This document shows positions 9,483-18,647 of a stretch of 64,000 nt of DNA, piece after piece; within the stretch, counting starts at the first letter, position 1, and the number at the start of each line of letters is the position of its first letter. The position numbers and the translations under genes were made by a program. This DNA comes from Candidatus Pacearchaeota archaeon UBA73 (GTDB lineage Archaea; Nanobdellota; Nanobdellia; Pacearchaeales; GW2011-AR1), in the NCBI GenBank assembly GCA_002496015.1, contig DAIF01000006.1:7403-71402 (forward strand), read 5' to 3'. The notes under the pieces are model-generated. The model made no database searches, was not told the origin of the DNA, and saw only the letters and a list, made by a program, of their open reading frames with translations.

Positions 9483-10502
9483 CTACTTTTGAGGATAAGC
9501 TGCTTTGTGTAATTTCCATAGTTTTGCGTTTTCTCGGATTGGTTTGAGTAATAAATTAAGTTCTTTTGCAAGCGCGTTTTTTAAATCCATTGGATGGAGT
9601 TTTTTATCTACGAAGTCTCTTTCCAGTTCGTCACAGGAGCTGTAAGAAACATTACCGCCGAATTTTTCCGGGCGGGTGACTGTGAACTTTTGTTTTTTGT
9701 CTTCTTTGAGCACAAAGATTACGTATTTTAGGAAACCAATTAAACCGTTGTTAGGGTCGCCTTCAACACAGTTTGCTTTGTTGATTTTCTTTTCAACTGT
9801 TTTTTCATCGTCAAGCAGATCAATCTTTGAACCCTCAATGCTAGAGGACATTTTTTCTCCAATTAGTCCTGCAATCATCGGGTTCATCAGCTCTACTCTA
9901 GGAGTGTAGCCTATTTTGGGGAGGAATTCGCGAGCGAAGACTAAAATTTTTCTCTGATCTACACCGCCAAATTGAATGTCTGTTTCCAGATATACTTCGT
10001 CTAAAGATTGCATAATGGGATAAATTAGATTTCCTAGCTTTGGATTTTCTGTCATTTTCACGACTTCAGAAGCGGCTTTTGTTACGTCTCTAGTTGAAGC
10101 TAACATGCTCAGCTTGAGAACATCTTCAAAATATTTTGGTTTGAATTGAAATGTTGAACCTTTTACAAATTCTAATCTTTCTAGAGGAACATCTATGGAG
10201 TGTAGCATTTCTTTTATTAATTCGGCATAGTATTTTTCTCTTTTTTCCAGAATCTCCCACGGAACGCCATCAAGTGCGGCGTGCAAATCTGCAATTAATA
10301 CCTTTACTTTCAGATCTGCTTTAAGGAAGTCTCCGAGTTTCAGTAATGGAAAATAGTATGAGATATGCGGGCTGCCAGTAGGCATTGTTCCCCAGTAGAC
10401 TGCCGGGTTTTTCTTTTTATTTAGTAGTTCCTTGAGTTCAGTTTCAGAAATAACTTCTTGCAGATTACGGGTTATAAGTCTGAATTTTTCTTCGTTGTTC
10501 AT
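9483..10502 (-). CDS. tyrS: tyrosyl-tRNA synthetase (archaeal type)
   Basis: PTGSPHISY (HIGH-like), YPIMQSLD, GGVDQRK, KMSSS and LHPMDLK motifs. Confidence 0.95.
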   Translation of the reverse strand: MNNEEKFRLITRNLQEVISETELKELLNKKKNPAVYWGTMPTGSPHISYYFPLLKLGDFLKADLKVKVLIADLHAALDGVPWEILEKREKYYAELIKEMLHSIDVPLERLEFVKGSTFQFKPKYFEDVLKLSMLASTRDVTKAASEVVKMTENPKLGNLIYPIMQSLDEVYLETDIQFGGVDQRKILVFAREFLPKIGYTPRVELMNPMIAGLIGEKMSSSIEGSKIDLLDDEKTVEKKINKANCVEGDPNNGLIGFLKYVIFVLKEDKKQKFTVTRPEKFGGNVSYSSCDELERDFVDKKLHPMDLKNALAKELNLLLKPIRENAKLWKLHKAAYPQK

Positions 10503-10552
10503 TTTTAACGGAATTGGATAAAGGATATAAAGGTTTTGTTGTTATTAGTCCA

Positions 10553-10861
10553 ATGAGGAGATGGGCGTTTGTAATTTTCATAGTTGGGATTTTTTTGATG
10601 TTTGTTTTTTTGAATTTGTCACCTGTGGAAACTAACGAGATTGCGAGTTTGGAATTAAACACGCGAGTTAGTGTAAGTGGGAAAGTGATTGGGGAGAGAA
10701 TTATATACGCGGGAACAAAAATTTTGGAATTGGACAACGGAGTGATTGTTTTGTGTGAATGCGGTGAAAGCTTTAAGGGGAAAGAAATTAAAGTTGTCGG
10801 GAAGGTTTCAGATTATGAGGGAACCCGACAGGTTGTGGCAGAGGAGATTTTATTTCAGTGA
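10553..10861 (+). CDS. membrane-anchored OB-fold protein
   Basis: N-terminal TM followed by VSVSGKV...IKVVGKVSDYEG OB-fold pattern. Confidence 0.7.
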   Translation: MRRWAFVIFIVGIFLMFVFLNLSPVETNEIASLELNTRVSVSGKVIGERIIYAGTKILELDNGVIVLCECGESFKGKEIKVVGKVSDYEGTRQVVAEEILFQ

Positions 10862-11386
10862 GCTCTTGAGTTTCTTGACTCTGTTGATTCTGGGGGAGGA
10901 AATCCTTGCAGGTTGCGGCTGCTTTGGAACGGGGCGAGGCTGAGTTTCGACGTATCTGACAGGAATTATGTTTTCTTCGGCGGACCAAGCTGCTACACCG
11001 AGGAGTATGAGAGTTATCAGCCATCCTGCAGACGGTATCAACGAAAAGAGTATCCACCAACCTGGTTTTCCGACCTTTTCAAATATCTTCCAGAACCAGA
11101 TAAAGTTGAAGACGGTGAATGCGATAAGTGAAAGGAAACCGATGTATGGTATGAACATCCCTGCAAGAAGAAAGATTGGCCACCAGTGCATTCCAGCCAT
11201 TTGACTGTAAAGGTAAAAGTTCGCTAACGGGATCCATGCAAGCCAGCCGTATTTGGTTTGAGTTTTTTTGGCGAGGCGCATAGTTGCTAGCGATAAATAG
11301 ACGTAAATCGCTATTGCGATAATAATCAAAATTGCGGCTATTCTTGAAATAAACGCAAGAAATTCTATTAGTTCCACCTCTGCCAT
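10850..11386 (-). CDS. DUF5684-like membrane protein
   Basis: WLAWIPLANFY and FEKVGKPGWW repeats; multi-TM. Confidence 0.7.
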   Translation of the reverse strand: MAEVELIEFLAFISRIAAILIIIAIAIYVYLSLATMRLAKKTQTKYGWLAWIPLANFYLYSQMAGMHWWPIFLLAGMFIPYIGFLSLIAFTVFNFIWFWKIFEKVGKPGWWILFSLIPSAGWLITLILLGVAAWSAEENIIPVRYVETQPRPVPKQPQPARISSPRINRVKKLKSSLK

Positions 11387-11439
11387 CTTTTTACGTGGAA
11401 AAAATTATTTAAATATGTTGTGATAGTAGCTTTTGAGAT

Positions 11440-11838
11440 ATGCACGAAATTAATATTGCAGATAGAGTCTTGAGGGAAGCGAGGGACGCTGGAGCCAGCC
11501 ATTTTTTTAGGGTAGAAGTAGGTGAGTTGTGTGAAATAACTGCTGAGGAGTTAGAGGAGGGTTTGAAGAGGCTGACTGAAGTTGCAGTGCTTGATAATTT
11601 TAATTCTTTTGGGAATGTTGTTTTGCAGAAATCTGGTGAGCCAGATTTTAGCGAGATGAAATTTGAAGTGGGTTTTGTTGAAAGCAAGATAAAATGTTCC
11701 TGTGGTTTTTTGGGGCGGGCGAGGGTTGCTGACAGAGGACACGGGTATTGCGTATGGGATTGTCCATTGTGCGGGGCGAGCGGTTCGAGGGTGGAGGTTG
11801 TCTGGGGTGGGGAGATTAAAATCATCGAGGTTGAGTGA
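11440..11838 (+). CDS. hypA: hydrogenase maturation nickel metallochaperone HypA
   Basis: N-terminal MHE; VGEL; CxC...CPLC; GGEIKI. Confidence 0.88.
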   Translation: MHEINIADRVLREARDAGASHFFRVEVGELCEITAEELEEGLKRLTEVAVLDNFNSFGNVVLQKSGEPDFSEMKFEVGFVESKIKCSCGFLGRARVADRGHGYCVWDCPLCGASGSRVEVVWGGEIKIIEVE

Positions 11839-11886
11839 TGAAATTTTTCGGGAAACAAATTTAAAGTTGTTTTAATTGATTTGATA

Positions 11887-13338
11887 ATGGTAAGGACAGA
11901 GCCAAGGCCGTTGTTTCCTAAAGGTCGAAAAGCAGAGCCGAAAGATTTAGCTGCGGGGAGGTATGGCACTGCCGAGATGGTTGATATATGGGGACCTGAA
12001 AGAACATTTGAATATATACTAAGGGCGCAAGGCATTTCTGCGTTGGTATTGTCGAGATTGCATCCAGAAATTTTGCCTGCTGATATAGCTGGGGAAATTG
12101 CTGAAAGAGCAACTTTGAAATACTGTGATCCGGCAAAAATTCGCGCAGAAGAGGAGCGCACGGGACATGATGTTATTGCTGTAAATAATGTTTTAGAGGA
12201 GGCGTTAAGTGAAAGGGCAAGGCCGTTTGTAAATATGGCAAAAACTAGTGCAGACAGCACGCAACCTGCCAGGGCATTGCAACTTAGAGCTTCTTTGGAA
12301 GTAATTGCCGAAAGCGTTGAGAATTTGAGGGATATTTTAATTGATAGAGCTGTGGAGTGGAAAGATGTTCGGTTCATGGTTGGGACTCATTTGTATGATG
12401 CTTTGCCAAGCTCTGCCGGAAGGGCGTTTGCGCATTATGCGGAAATGCTGCAAACCGGTTTGGACTTTTTAGCTTTTGTTCATTCTCATTCTATTGTCGG
12501 AAAATGGGCTGATGCTACGGGGGACCATCATTCGGCTAAGGCATTAGGGATTGATGGAATTGCATTGCAGGAAGCGTATTGTAGGGAGTTGGGGGTTGGC
12601 TGGATGGATGCGCCAGCGCAAGTTCCCGGACTGGAGTTTGAAGCAGATGTAACGTATGCCCTGGCGCGATTGGCAGAAACAGGTAATAATGTCGCGAGAT
12701 TTATTGCTTGGGGAAGAGGTGATGATGTAAATATTTTTGTTAACGGATCTCCTCAAAGGAAAAAAGGGTCTTCGGCGATGCCGCATAAGGATGCCAAGAA
12801 TGGAAATCCGACAGTGGAAGAACAGTTTATGTCAGTGGGGAATTATATGCGTGGAAACATGGTTACTGCTTTGGCTAATTGTGAAATGCCTTATGCAAGA
12901 AATTTAGCAGCTTCAGCGAATTCCCGAATTAATTTTGAGGATGGTTTCAAGTTTTTGGATCATGGGGTACGAAGGTTAGCCGGCACGACGTATTGGCTGA
13001 ATTTGAGGGGAGACAGGAGTGTTGAAAGGGTGCAGAGGAGTTTTGGGGTGGTTACGGCACAGCAAGTTATGACTTATTTGACTGATCCGAGGAGGACGAG
13101 CGAACCAATGGCGCGGAGCAGAGCGCATGATTTGACGGGGCGGCTGGCGACTTATGCGTGGGAGAATGGTAGGCCATTTGGGAAAATTCTTTTTGGCAGT
13201 TCGGAAGTTGTGAGGCGGTTGGGGGAAGAGACGATTAGTGAGATTACTAATCCTATTGGGTATGTGGGGGAGAGTGTAAAAATTGTGGAGATGATTGCGG
13301 AGAAATATCATTACAAACAGACATTTCCAAAAGAATAA
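11887..13338 (+). CDS. purB: adenylosuccinate lyase-like protein (fumarase/ASL superfamily)
   Basis: RYGT...W, EERTGHDV, TSAD, GTH and GSSAMPHK motifs. Confidence 0.75.
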   Translation: MVRTEPRPLFPKGRKAEPKDLAAGRYGTAEMVDIWGPERTFEYILRAQGISALVLSRLHPEILPADIAGEIAERATLKYCDPAKIRAEEERTGHDVIAVNNVLEEALSERARPFVNMAKTSADSTQPARALQLRASLEVIAESVENLRDILIDRAVEWKDVRFMVGTHLYDALPSSAGRAFAHYAEMLQTGLDFLAFVHSHSIVGKWADATGDHHSAKALGIDGIALQEAYCRELGVGWMDAPAQVPGLEFEADVTYALARLAETGNNVARFIAWGRGDDVNIFVNGSPQRKKGSSAMPHKDAKNGNPTVEEQFMSVGNYMRGNMVTALANCEMPYARNLAASANSRINFEDGFKFLDHGVRRLAGTTYWLNLRGDRSVERVQRSFGVVTAQQVMTYLTDPRRTSEPMARSRAHDLTGRLATYAWENGRPFGKILFGSSEVVRRLGEETISEITNPIGYVGESVKIVEMIAEKYHYKQTFPKE

Positions 13339-13362
13339 ATAGGTTAAATCTTAGAGGAAAAT

Positions 13363-13575
13363 ATGTGCTTAGCTGTTCCGGGCAAGATTGTGGGGATTGA
13401 AGGCGATGTCGCGACAGTAGATTATGGGAGCGAGAGGCGAGTGGCGCGAATAGTTTCCGGGGAATATTCCATTGGAGATTATGTAATTGTGTCTGCTAAG
13501 GTGGTGTCGGAGAAGGTTGACGAGGAACAGGTGAAAGGTTGGATGGAACTTTTGAATGCTGGAGAAAATTGTTGA
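13363..13575 (+). CDS. hypC: hydrogenase maturation chaperone HypC
   Basis: MCLAVPGKIV...GDYVIV. Confidence 0.92.
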   Translation: MCLAVPGKIVGIEGDVATVDYGSERRVARIVSGEYSIGDYVIVSAKVVSEKVDEEQVKGWMELLNAGENC

Positions 13576-14059
13576 TATGGAGCCGGAAGTTCTTTTTTTG
13601 AGATGCGCTTTTCCTTGCACGGAAGGGAAGGTACATAGGAATGAAATAACACGGGATGATTTTGATTATCTGGAGGAAGCTGCGAGAGAAGGTAGGGTTG
13701 TTAAGCATGAGATGTTAGGAAGGGTTTATTCCTTTGCGGTTGCTGAAATGACTAAAGTTGCTGATGAATTGGGAAAGTCTCTTTGGGATAAGGCTGTTGT
13801 CGAGGAGTATTTCTTTGTTAGGCATAATCAAGTTATTGATGCACGGGAGGGACCGTATTCTGCGGCGCCAGAAGTAATGTGCGAGTATTGCAAGGTTTAT
13901 GATGCGGAAGTAATTGATGTCGGAAAGAGAGATTTATTGGTGAGGTATGGCGATAAAACCAGGCACGTTCTGAAAGATTTTGTGCAAGACGCAAAAGAAG
14001 GGGACAGGGTTAAGATTCATCAAGGTTATGCAGTGATGATTGAGGATGGGTTCTGTTGA
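13556..14059 (+). CDS. hydrogenase-cluster accessory protein with HypC-like C-terminal OB domain (DUF6390-like)
   Basis: FLRCAFPC N-terminus; C-terminal LVRYGDKTRHV...GDRVKIHQGYAV; stop codon lies inside the MITE TIR. Confidence 0.65.
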   Translation: MLEKIVDMEPEVLFLRCAFPCTEGKVHRNEITRDDFDYLEEAAREGRVVKHEMLGRVYSFAVAEMTKVADELGKSLWDKAVVEEYFFVRHNQVIDAREGPYSAAPEVMCEYCKVYDAEVIDVGKRDLLVRYGDKTRHVLKDFVQDAKEGDRVKIHQGYAVMIEDGFC

Positions 14060-14262
14060 AAATCTTTCCGAAATGTCTGCGCCCACCCGGATAATCTGAT
14101 TTGCGAAGCAAATCAGTAATTGATAGTAGACATTTCGAGTTTTGCGCAGGTTTCAGATTCCCACTTTGGATTCTCCTACGGAGAAAACCCTCCCTTTCCA
14201 CCTCTCCGCCCTTCGCCCCAAATTCTAGTAAACCTGCAGTTTGCGACTTTTTCAACAGAACA
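14049..14262 (+). mobile_element. MITE-like element, subfamily I
   Basis: TIRs GGTTCTGTTGAAAA / TTTTCAACAGAACA; 9-bp duplication TTGAGGATG (14040-14048, 14263-14271). Confidence 0.9.
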
Positions 14263-14315
14263 TTGAGGATGAAAAAGAATAAAAACTAACTTTTCTTTTT
14301 TTCGGCGAGGTGAAA

Positions 14316-14984
14316 ATGAAAGCCAATATTGAAAGTTTTGAGTGGCTTACTAAAAACACTTTTTTTATGAAGGTTAAACCTGAAGAAAGGGTGGATTTCA
14401 AAGCAGGACAGTTTATGATGATAAAGGCAGGAGGGAATGAGAAGCCGTTTTCGATAGCATCGTTTCCTGGTGAGGAGACGATTGATTTTTTGATAAGCGT
14501 GCATCCGGACGGGACCGTGACGCCGAAGCTGGCGAAGATGAAAAAGGGAGATGCTCTGGAGATTGGAGGACCTTATGGAGTTTTTACGGTTAGGGATACA
14601 ACGGCGAAGGAGATTGTTTTTGTTGCGGCTGGTACGGGGATTGCGCCTTTTCGGAGTATGATAATGGATGCGCTGCAGAGGTTTCCGAAGAAGAAGATAA
14701 AGCTGATGTTTGGATTCAGGGAGAATTTTTATTTTGAGAAGTACTGGAGGGAGCTTGAGCATAGTTATGGTAATTTCAAGTTGTGCTTGTGCTGTTCGGC
14801 TCCGAAGGGTGGATGGACGGGCAGGGCGGGAAGAGTAACTGCGTGTCTTGAGGAAGAGATTAAAGATGCGAAGGACAAGGAGGTTTATGTTTGCGGACCG
14901 CCGCAGATGGTGCAGGACACGAGAGAGACTCTGGAAAAGAGATTGGGTTTTGGACATGAAAAAATTCATGTGGAGAAATGGTAA
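14316..14984 (+). CDS. FAD/NAD(P)-binding oxidoreductase (FNR-like; probable diaphorase partner of the hydrogenase)
   Basis: FKAGQF, KPFSIAS, GPYG, AGTGIAPF and VCGPPQMV motifs; no C-terminal FeS domain. Confidence 0.88.
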   Translation: MKANIESFEWLTKNTFFMKVKPEERVDFKAGQFMMIKAGGNEKPFSIASFPGEETIDFLISVHPDGTVTPKLAKMKKGDALEIGGPYGVFTVRDTTAKEIVFVAAGTGIAPFRSMIMDALQRFPKKKIKLMFGFRENFYFEKYWRELEHSYGNFKLCLCCSAPKGGWTGRAGRVTACLEEEIKDAKDKEVYVCGPPQMVQDTRETLEKRLGFGHEKIHVEKW

Positions 14985-15020
14985 ATAAAACTCAAGACAT
15001 GTTGTGCTAGGAATTTCATA

Positions 15021-15536
15021 ATGGTAAAGAAAAAAATAAAACAAAAAAAGGTTGAAGGCAAGAAGTTAAAAATTGGGTGGTTTAGTTTTTCGTGCTGTGA
15101 GGATTCGACGATTGTTTTTACAGAGTTGTTGAACGACCATTTTGAAGAGTGGAGCAAGGTTGTTGATTTTCAATATATTAGAGTTTTGAGGGGGAAGAAC
15201 AAACTTGAGGGGTTGGATGTTGCGTTTGTCGAGGGGGCGATTGCGTCTGATAGGGAGAAAAAGAAACTCTTTGAGATAAGGAAGAATTGCAAGAAACTTG
15301 TGGCGATTGGCTCTTGCGCCTGTACGGGAGGACCTTCTGCGCAAAGAAATATTTTTCCTAAAGAGCTTGAGAAGGAAATTGAATTTTTGTTGAGGAAGTT
15401 TCATCATTCGGATAAGGTGCATAAGTTGGAAGATTTAGTTCGGGTTGATGCGAAGGTGCCGGGATGTCCGATGAATGAAGAAAAGTTCCTGGAAGTTCTG
15501 GGAAAGATGCTTGTGGAGTTTGGAGTGAATAGATGA
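15021..15536 (+). CDS. [NiFe]-hydrogenase small subunit (group 3b delta-like, truncated)
   Basis: SCCEDS, VEGAI, AIGSCACTGG and VPGCP motifs; only 171 aa. Confidence 0.88.
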   Translation: MVKKKIKQKKVEGKKLKIGWFSFSCCEDSTIVFTELLNDHFEEWSKVVDFQYIRVLRGKNKLEGLDVAFVEGAIASDREKKKLFEIRKNCKKLVAIGSCACTGGPSAQRNIFPKELEKEIEFLLRKFHHSDKVHKLEDLVRVDAKVPGCPMNEEKFLEVLGKMLVEFGVNR

Positions 15537-15927
15537 AAATAGAACAGATAAAAAGTGTTATGAGAAAATATGGAAAGACTTGGGAGAAGAGAGATGCTAA
15601 TTTAATTTTAGAGTGCTTTGCTAAAAATGGAGTATGTCAAGATATGCCCCTAAAAAAACCGTTTAAAGGACGTAAAGAAATCAAGAAGTATTGGGACTTT
15701 TCTGTTATCAAGAGCGTGAGGGGGGCGAAATTTACTTTAGGGAAGTGCTATGTTTCATCTGATGAGAATATTGGTTTTGCTGAGTGGAAATGTCGGTCAC
15801 CGAAAGATGGAAAATGGAGAAAGGCACAATGGTTGGGGTGATGATTCTTAAGATGAGGGGAGACGAGATTGTCTATTTGAATGAATATTATAATTCGATG
15901 CGAAATGAGCGGGGGAGATTGAAATGA
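15533..15927 (+). pseudogene. SnoaL/NTF2-like protein, apparently frameshifted
   Basis: N-terminal SnoaL pattern ends at 15841; the -1 frame continues MVGVMILKMRGDEIVYLNEYY to TGA 15925-15927, overlapping the next ATG. Confidence 0.7.
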
Positions 15928-17210
15928 CAGTTAAAAAAGTAGACATATCGATACAGAATATTTCTAAAATTGAAGGGCACGCGGATTTAGATGTGAAAGT
16001 GCGGGACGGGAGAGTGCAGAGTGTGAATTTGAAGTTTACGGATAACAAAAGATTTTTTACGCAGGCGATTCGAGGGCAGAGTGTTGAGACGCTGCCGCAG
16101 GCAGTTTCGAGAATTTGTGGGACGTGTTCGATTGCGCATACGATGTGCTGCATTGAGGCGATTGAAAGGGCTCTGAATGTGCCTGTTTCGGAACAGGCGC
16201 GGGCGCTGAAGAAATTGACGATGTATGGAATGATGATTAGAGATCATGCACTGCATATTTATCTTTTTGCTTTGCCGGATGTTTTTGAGAAAGACTCTGT
16301 TTTGGATTTTACCGGAGAGGAAACTCAGTATTTGAAAGATTCTTTTGATGTTAAACGAGCGGGGAATAAATTAACGACGATTGTTGCTGGGAGAGCGGTG
16401 CATGCGCCTTATCCGGTGCCCGGAGGATTTAGTGTTATTCCTGATATTAAAGAACTTAGAGCGTTGATTCCAGAATTGAAACTTGCGCGAGAGAAAGTAA
16501 TGAAGATTTTGGGAGTGTATGCGCGGTGCGACAGGAAATATGAAAGAGAGACAAAATTTGTCGCTTTGGGAGGGGAGGAGTTTAATTTTCTTGGAGATTA
16601 TATTTTAACTTCTAGCGGAGATGAGATTAAAGAAGAAAATTATTTTGAGCATTTAGATAAAGTTGTGATTCCGTATTCGCAGGCGGTTGGATATGAATTT
16701 GGGGACGATACTTATATGCTTGGGGCTTTAGCCAGACTGAATTTGAACAAAACGAATTTACATGCGCAGACCCGAAGGGATTGCGCGAAATATCTGAAAC
16801 TGTTTCCGTCGAATAACATTTTCCTGAATAATCTGGCGCAGGGAATTGAGATTGTGCATGCGATTGATCACTCGATTGAGATAATTTCGAACTTGAAGTT
16901 GAAGCCAGAGGAACCGCCTAAGCTTGAGTATAAAGATTGTCAAGGAATCGGGGTGATTGAGGCGCCCAGAGGAATTTTGTTTTACCGGATTGCGTTGAAT
17001 AAGGACGGGGCTGTGAAGGATGGGACGATAATTACACCGACGCAGCAGAATCAGATAAACATGGAATTGGATATTAAGAAAATTGTGCAGGCGGAGATTG
17101 AACGCGGGACTTCGAAGGAAGTGATACAATACGAACTTGAGAAGTTGGTTAGGAGTTATGATCCGTGCATTTCGTGTGCAGTGCATTTTTTGAGAGTGAA
17201 TTGGATTTAG
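15924..17210 (+). CDS. [NiFe]-hydrogenase large subunit (group 3b-like)
   Basis: KIEGH, L1 RICGTCSIAH, EAPRG, L2 YDPCISCAVH plus short C-terminal extension. Confidence 0.95.
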   Translation: MTVKKVDISIQNISKIEGHADLDVKVRDGRVQSVNLKFTDNKRFFTQAIRGQSVETLPQAVSRICGTCSIAHTMCCIEAIERALNVPVSEQARALKKLTMYGMMIRDHALHIYLFALPDVFEKDSVLDFTGEETQYLKDSFDVKRAGNKLTTIVAGRAVHAPYPVPGGFSVIPDIKELRALIPELKLAREKVMKILGVYARCDRKYERETKFVALGGEEFNFLGDYILTSSGDEIKEENYFEHLDKVVIPYSQAVGYEFGDDTYMLGALARLNLNKTNLHAQTRRDCAKYLKLFPSNNIFLNNLAQGIEIVHAIDHSIEIISNLKLKPEEPPKLEYKDCQGIGVIEAPRGILFYRIALNKDGAVKDGTIITPTQQNQINMELDIKKIVQAEIERGTSKEVIQYELEKLVRSYDPCISCAVHFLRVNWI

Positions 17211-17297
17211 TATTATCGAAATATTTCTTTTGCGCGGAGACTTGAAGAAGTACGAGTCAGTAAAGAGAAGTTAGCGATTTCCTCAAACTGTGGAAGA

Positions 17298-17873
17298 TTA
17301 AATTTCGTCGTCTAAAATTTCTATGTCTTTGCCGACGAGATCTTTTGATAAATCGTCTTTTGAGCTTTTTGTGGGGGCAGGGCTTTTTGATGTAGCTGCC
17401 TTGTGCATAAGTTCTTCTGCAGAAATGTCAAACTCTCTACCGTCTTTTCTGAGATTGATGCCGAGAGTTTTTTGGACTTTGTTTATTAGGACGAAGTCGT
17501 TTGAGGGTAGGCGGCCTGATTCGAGAATCTGTAGTTCTTCATCAGAGACGTCCATCATTCTTGCGAGTTGTTTTCTTGTCAAGCCGAGGCGTCTTCGGTT
17601 ATAGCGAATCTGCCAGTTGAAATTGTCAACGAGTTCTGAGATGACTTGTTTTTCGCGCCAGTCGGGGCGGGAGCGGATGTATTCACTGAGAGGTTTAGTT
17701 CTATCTGAGCGATCTTTTTTTTCTGTGAGGTAAGAAGGCGGTTGTTGTTTTTGCAGTTGCATGGGAGATTTTTTTAGAATGAGCAGACCTTCTCTTTTTG
17801 CGTAGCTTTCCGGAACTTTTACTATTCTGCCTTCTTCTATTGCTTCAACAAGGTCTTTTTGTCCGTAATCCAT
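17298..17873 (-). CDS. HTH (XRE/MBF1-like) DNA-binding protein
   Basis: ELVDNF...RRRLGLTRKQLA...LESGRLP...LGINL. Confidence 0.75.
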   Translation of the reverse strand: MDYGQKDLVEAIEEGRIVKVPESYAKREGLLILKKSPMQLQKQQPPSYLTEKKDRSDRTKPLSEYIRSRPDWREKQVISELVDNFNWQIRYNRRRLGLTRKQLARMMDVSDEELQILESGRLPSNDFVLINKVQKTLGINLRKDGREFDISAEELMHKAATSKSPAPTKSSKDDLSKDLVGKDIEILDDEI

Positions 17874-17897
17874 CGTGAAAAATGGTAAGTTCGCTTT

Positions 17898-18647
17898 TTA
17901 TTGTTTATTGGTGTTCAATATAATCTTTTCCTGTCGGGATAGGTCGACGATGTTGTAAACACTGCCCGCAAGCGCATGGAAATTGTTCTGTTCAAATATT
18001 ATGTCTTCCATTTCAGAGAGAGTGACATCTTTTGTTACGACTTTTCTTTCATCGATTATTATCGCGGGAGCCCGAGAGATTCCATATTTCGATTTGATTA
18101 GTTCGATGGATTCCAGTTCGAGATTTGAAGCTATTGGAATAAGAAGTATTGAACCGCCGTGCCTCATTTTTAAGTCTGAAAGCATTCGGGATATTGCGGC
18201 TTGCCTGGCTCTTTGGTCTATATCTTCTGTGCCGTAATCAAACAAATATACGACTGTATGGAACTGGCTTGCACATTTTCTGTTAATTTCGATGGTGTGT
18301 GCCCAAAGGAGGGTTCTAAGAAGATCGTATCTTTTGTGGGCTGTGAGAAGTTCGCTTGTGAATTTATTTGATGAGTCATACTTTTCCAGCAAGCGGGCTT
18401 CTTCGTATGTTCGGTCCGCGAATTTGAATGTGCTTTCGATGGCGAGATCGCAACTGATGTTAAATGCTCCGATGTTCAGATTGCGTATCTGTTCATCTAG
18501 CAGACTCATCTCGGCATTTGTCAAAGCCAGTTGGGCTCTGTCGACACGATTGCTCTCTATTGCGAAACCTATTACTAAGCCTGTTAGGAAGATTATTATT
18601 GTCACTGCTAAGGATTGGATGAATACATTTTTGTTTTGAGTTACCAT
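17898..18647 (-). CDS. conserved hypothetical membrane-anchored protein
   Basis: 249-aa ORF with N-terminal TM; overlaps the GT2 stop. Confidence 0.75.
   Translation of the reverse strand: MVTQNKNVFIQSLAVTIIIFLTGLVIGFAIESNRVDRAQLALTNAEMSLLDEQIRNLNIGAFNISCDLAIESTFKFADRTYEEARLLEKYDSSNKFTSELLTAHKRYDLLRTLLWAHTIEINRKCASQFHTVVYLFDYGTEDIDQRARQAAISRMLSDLKMRHGGSILLIPIASNLELESIELIKSKYGISRAPAIIIDERKVVTKDVTLSEMEDIIFEQNNFHALAGSVYNIVDLSRQEKIILNTNKQ

Noticed and set aside
11409-12377. Long antisense ORFs (also 14286-15044, 6146-6688, 35280-35951, 5247-5483)
   Set aside because: Shadows of well-supported genes on the opposite strand
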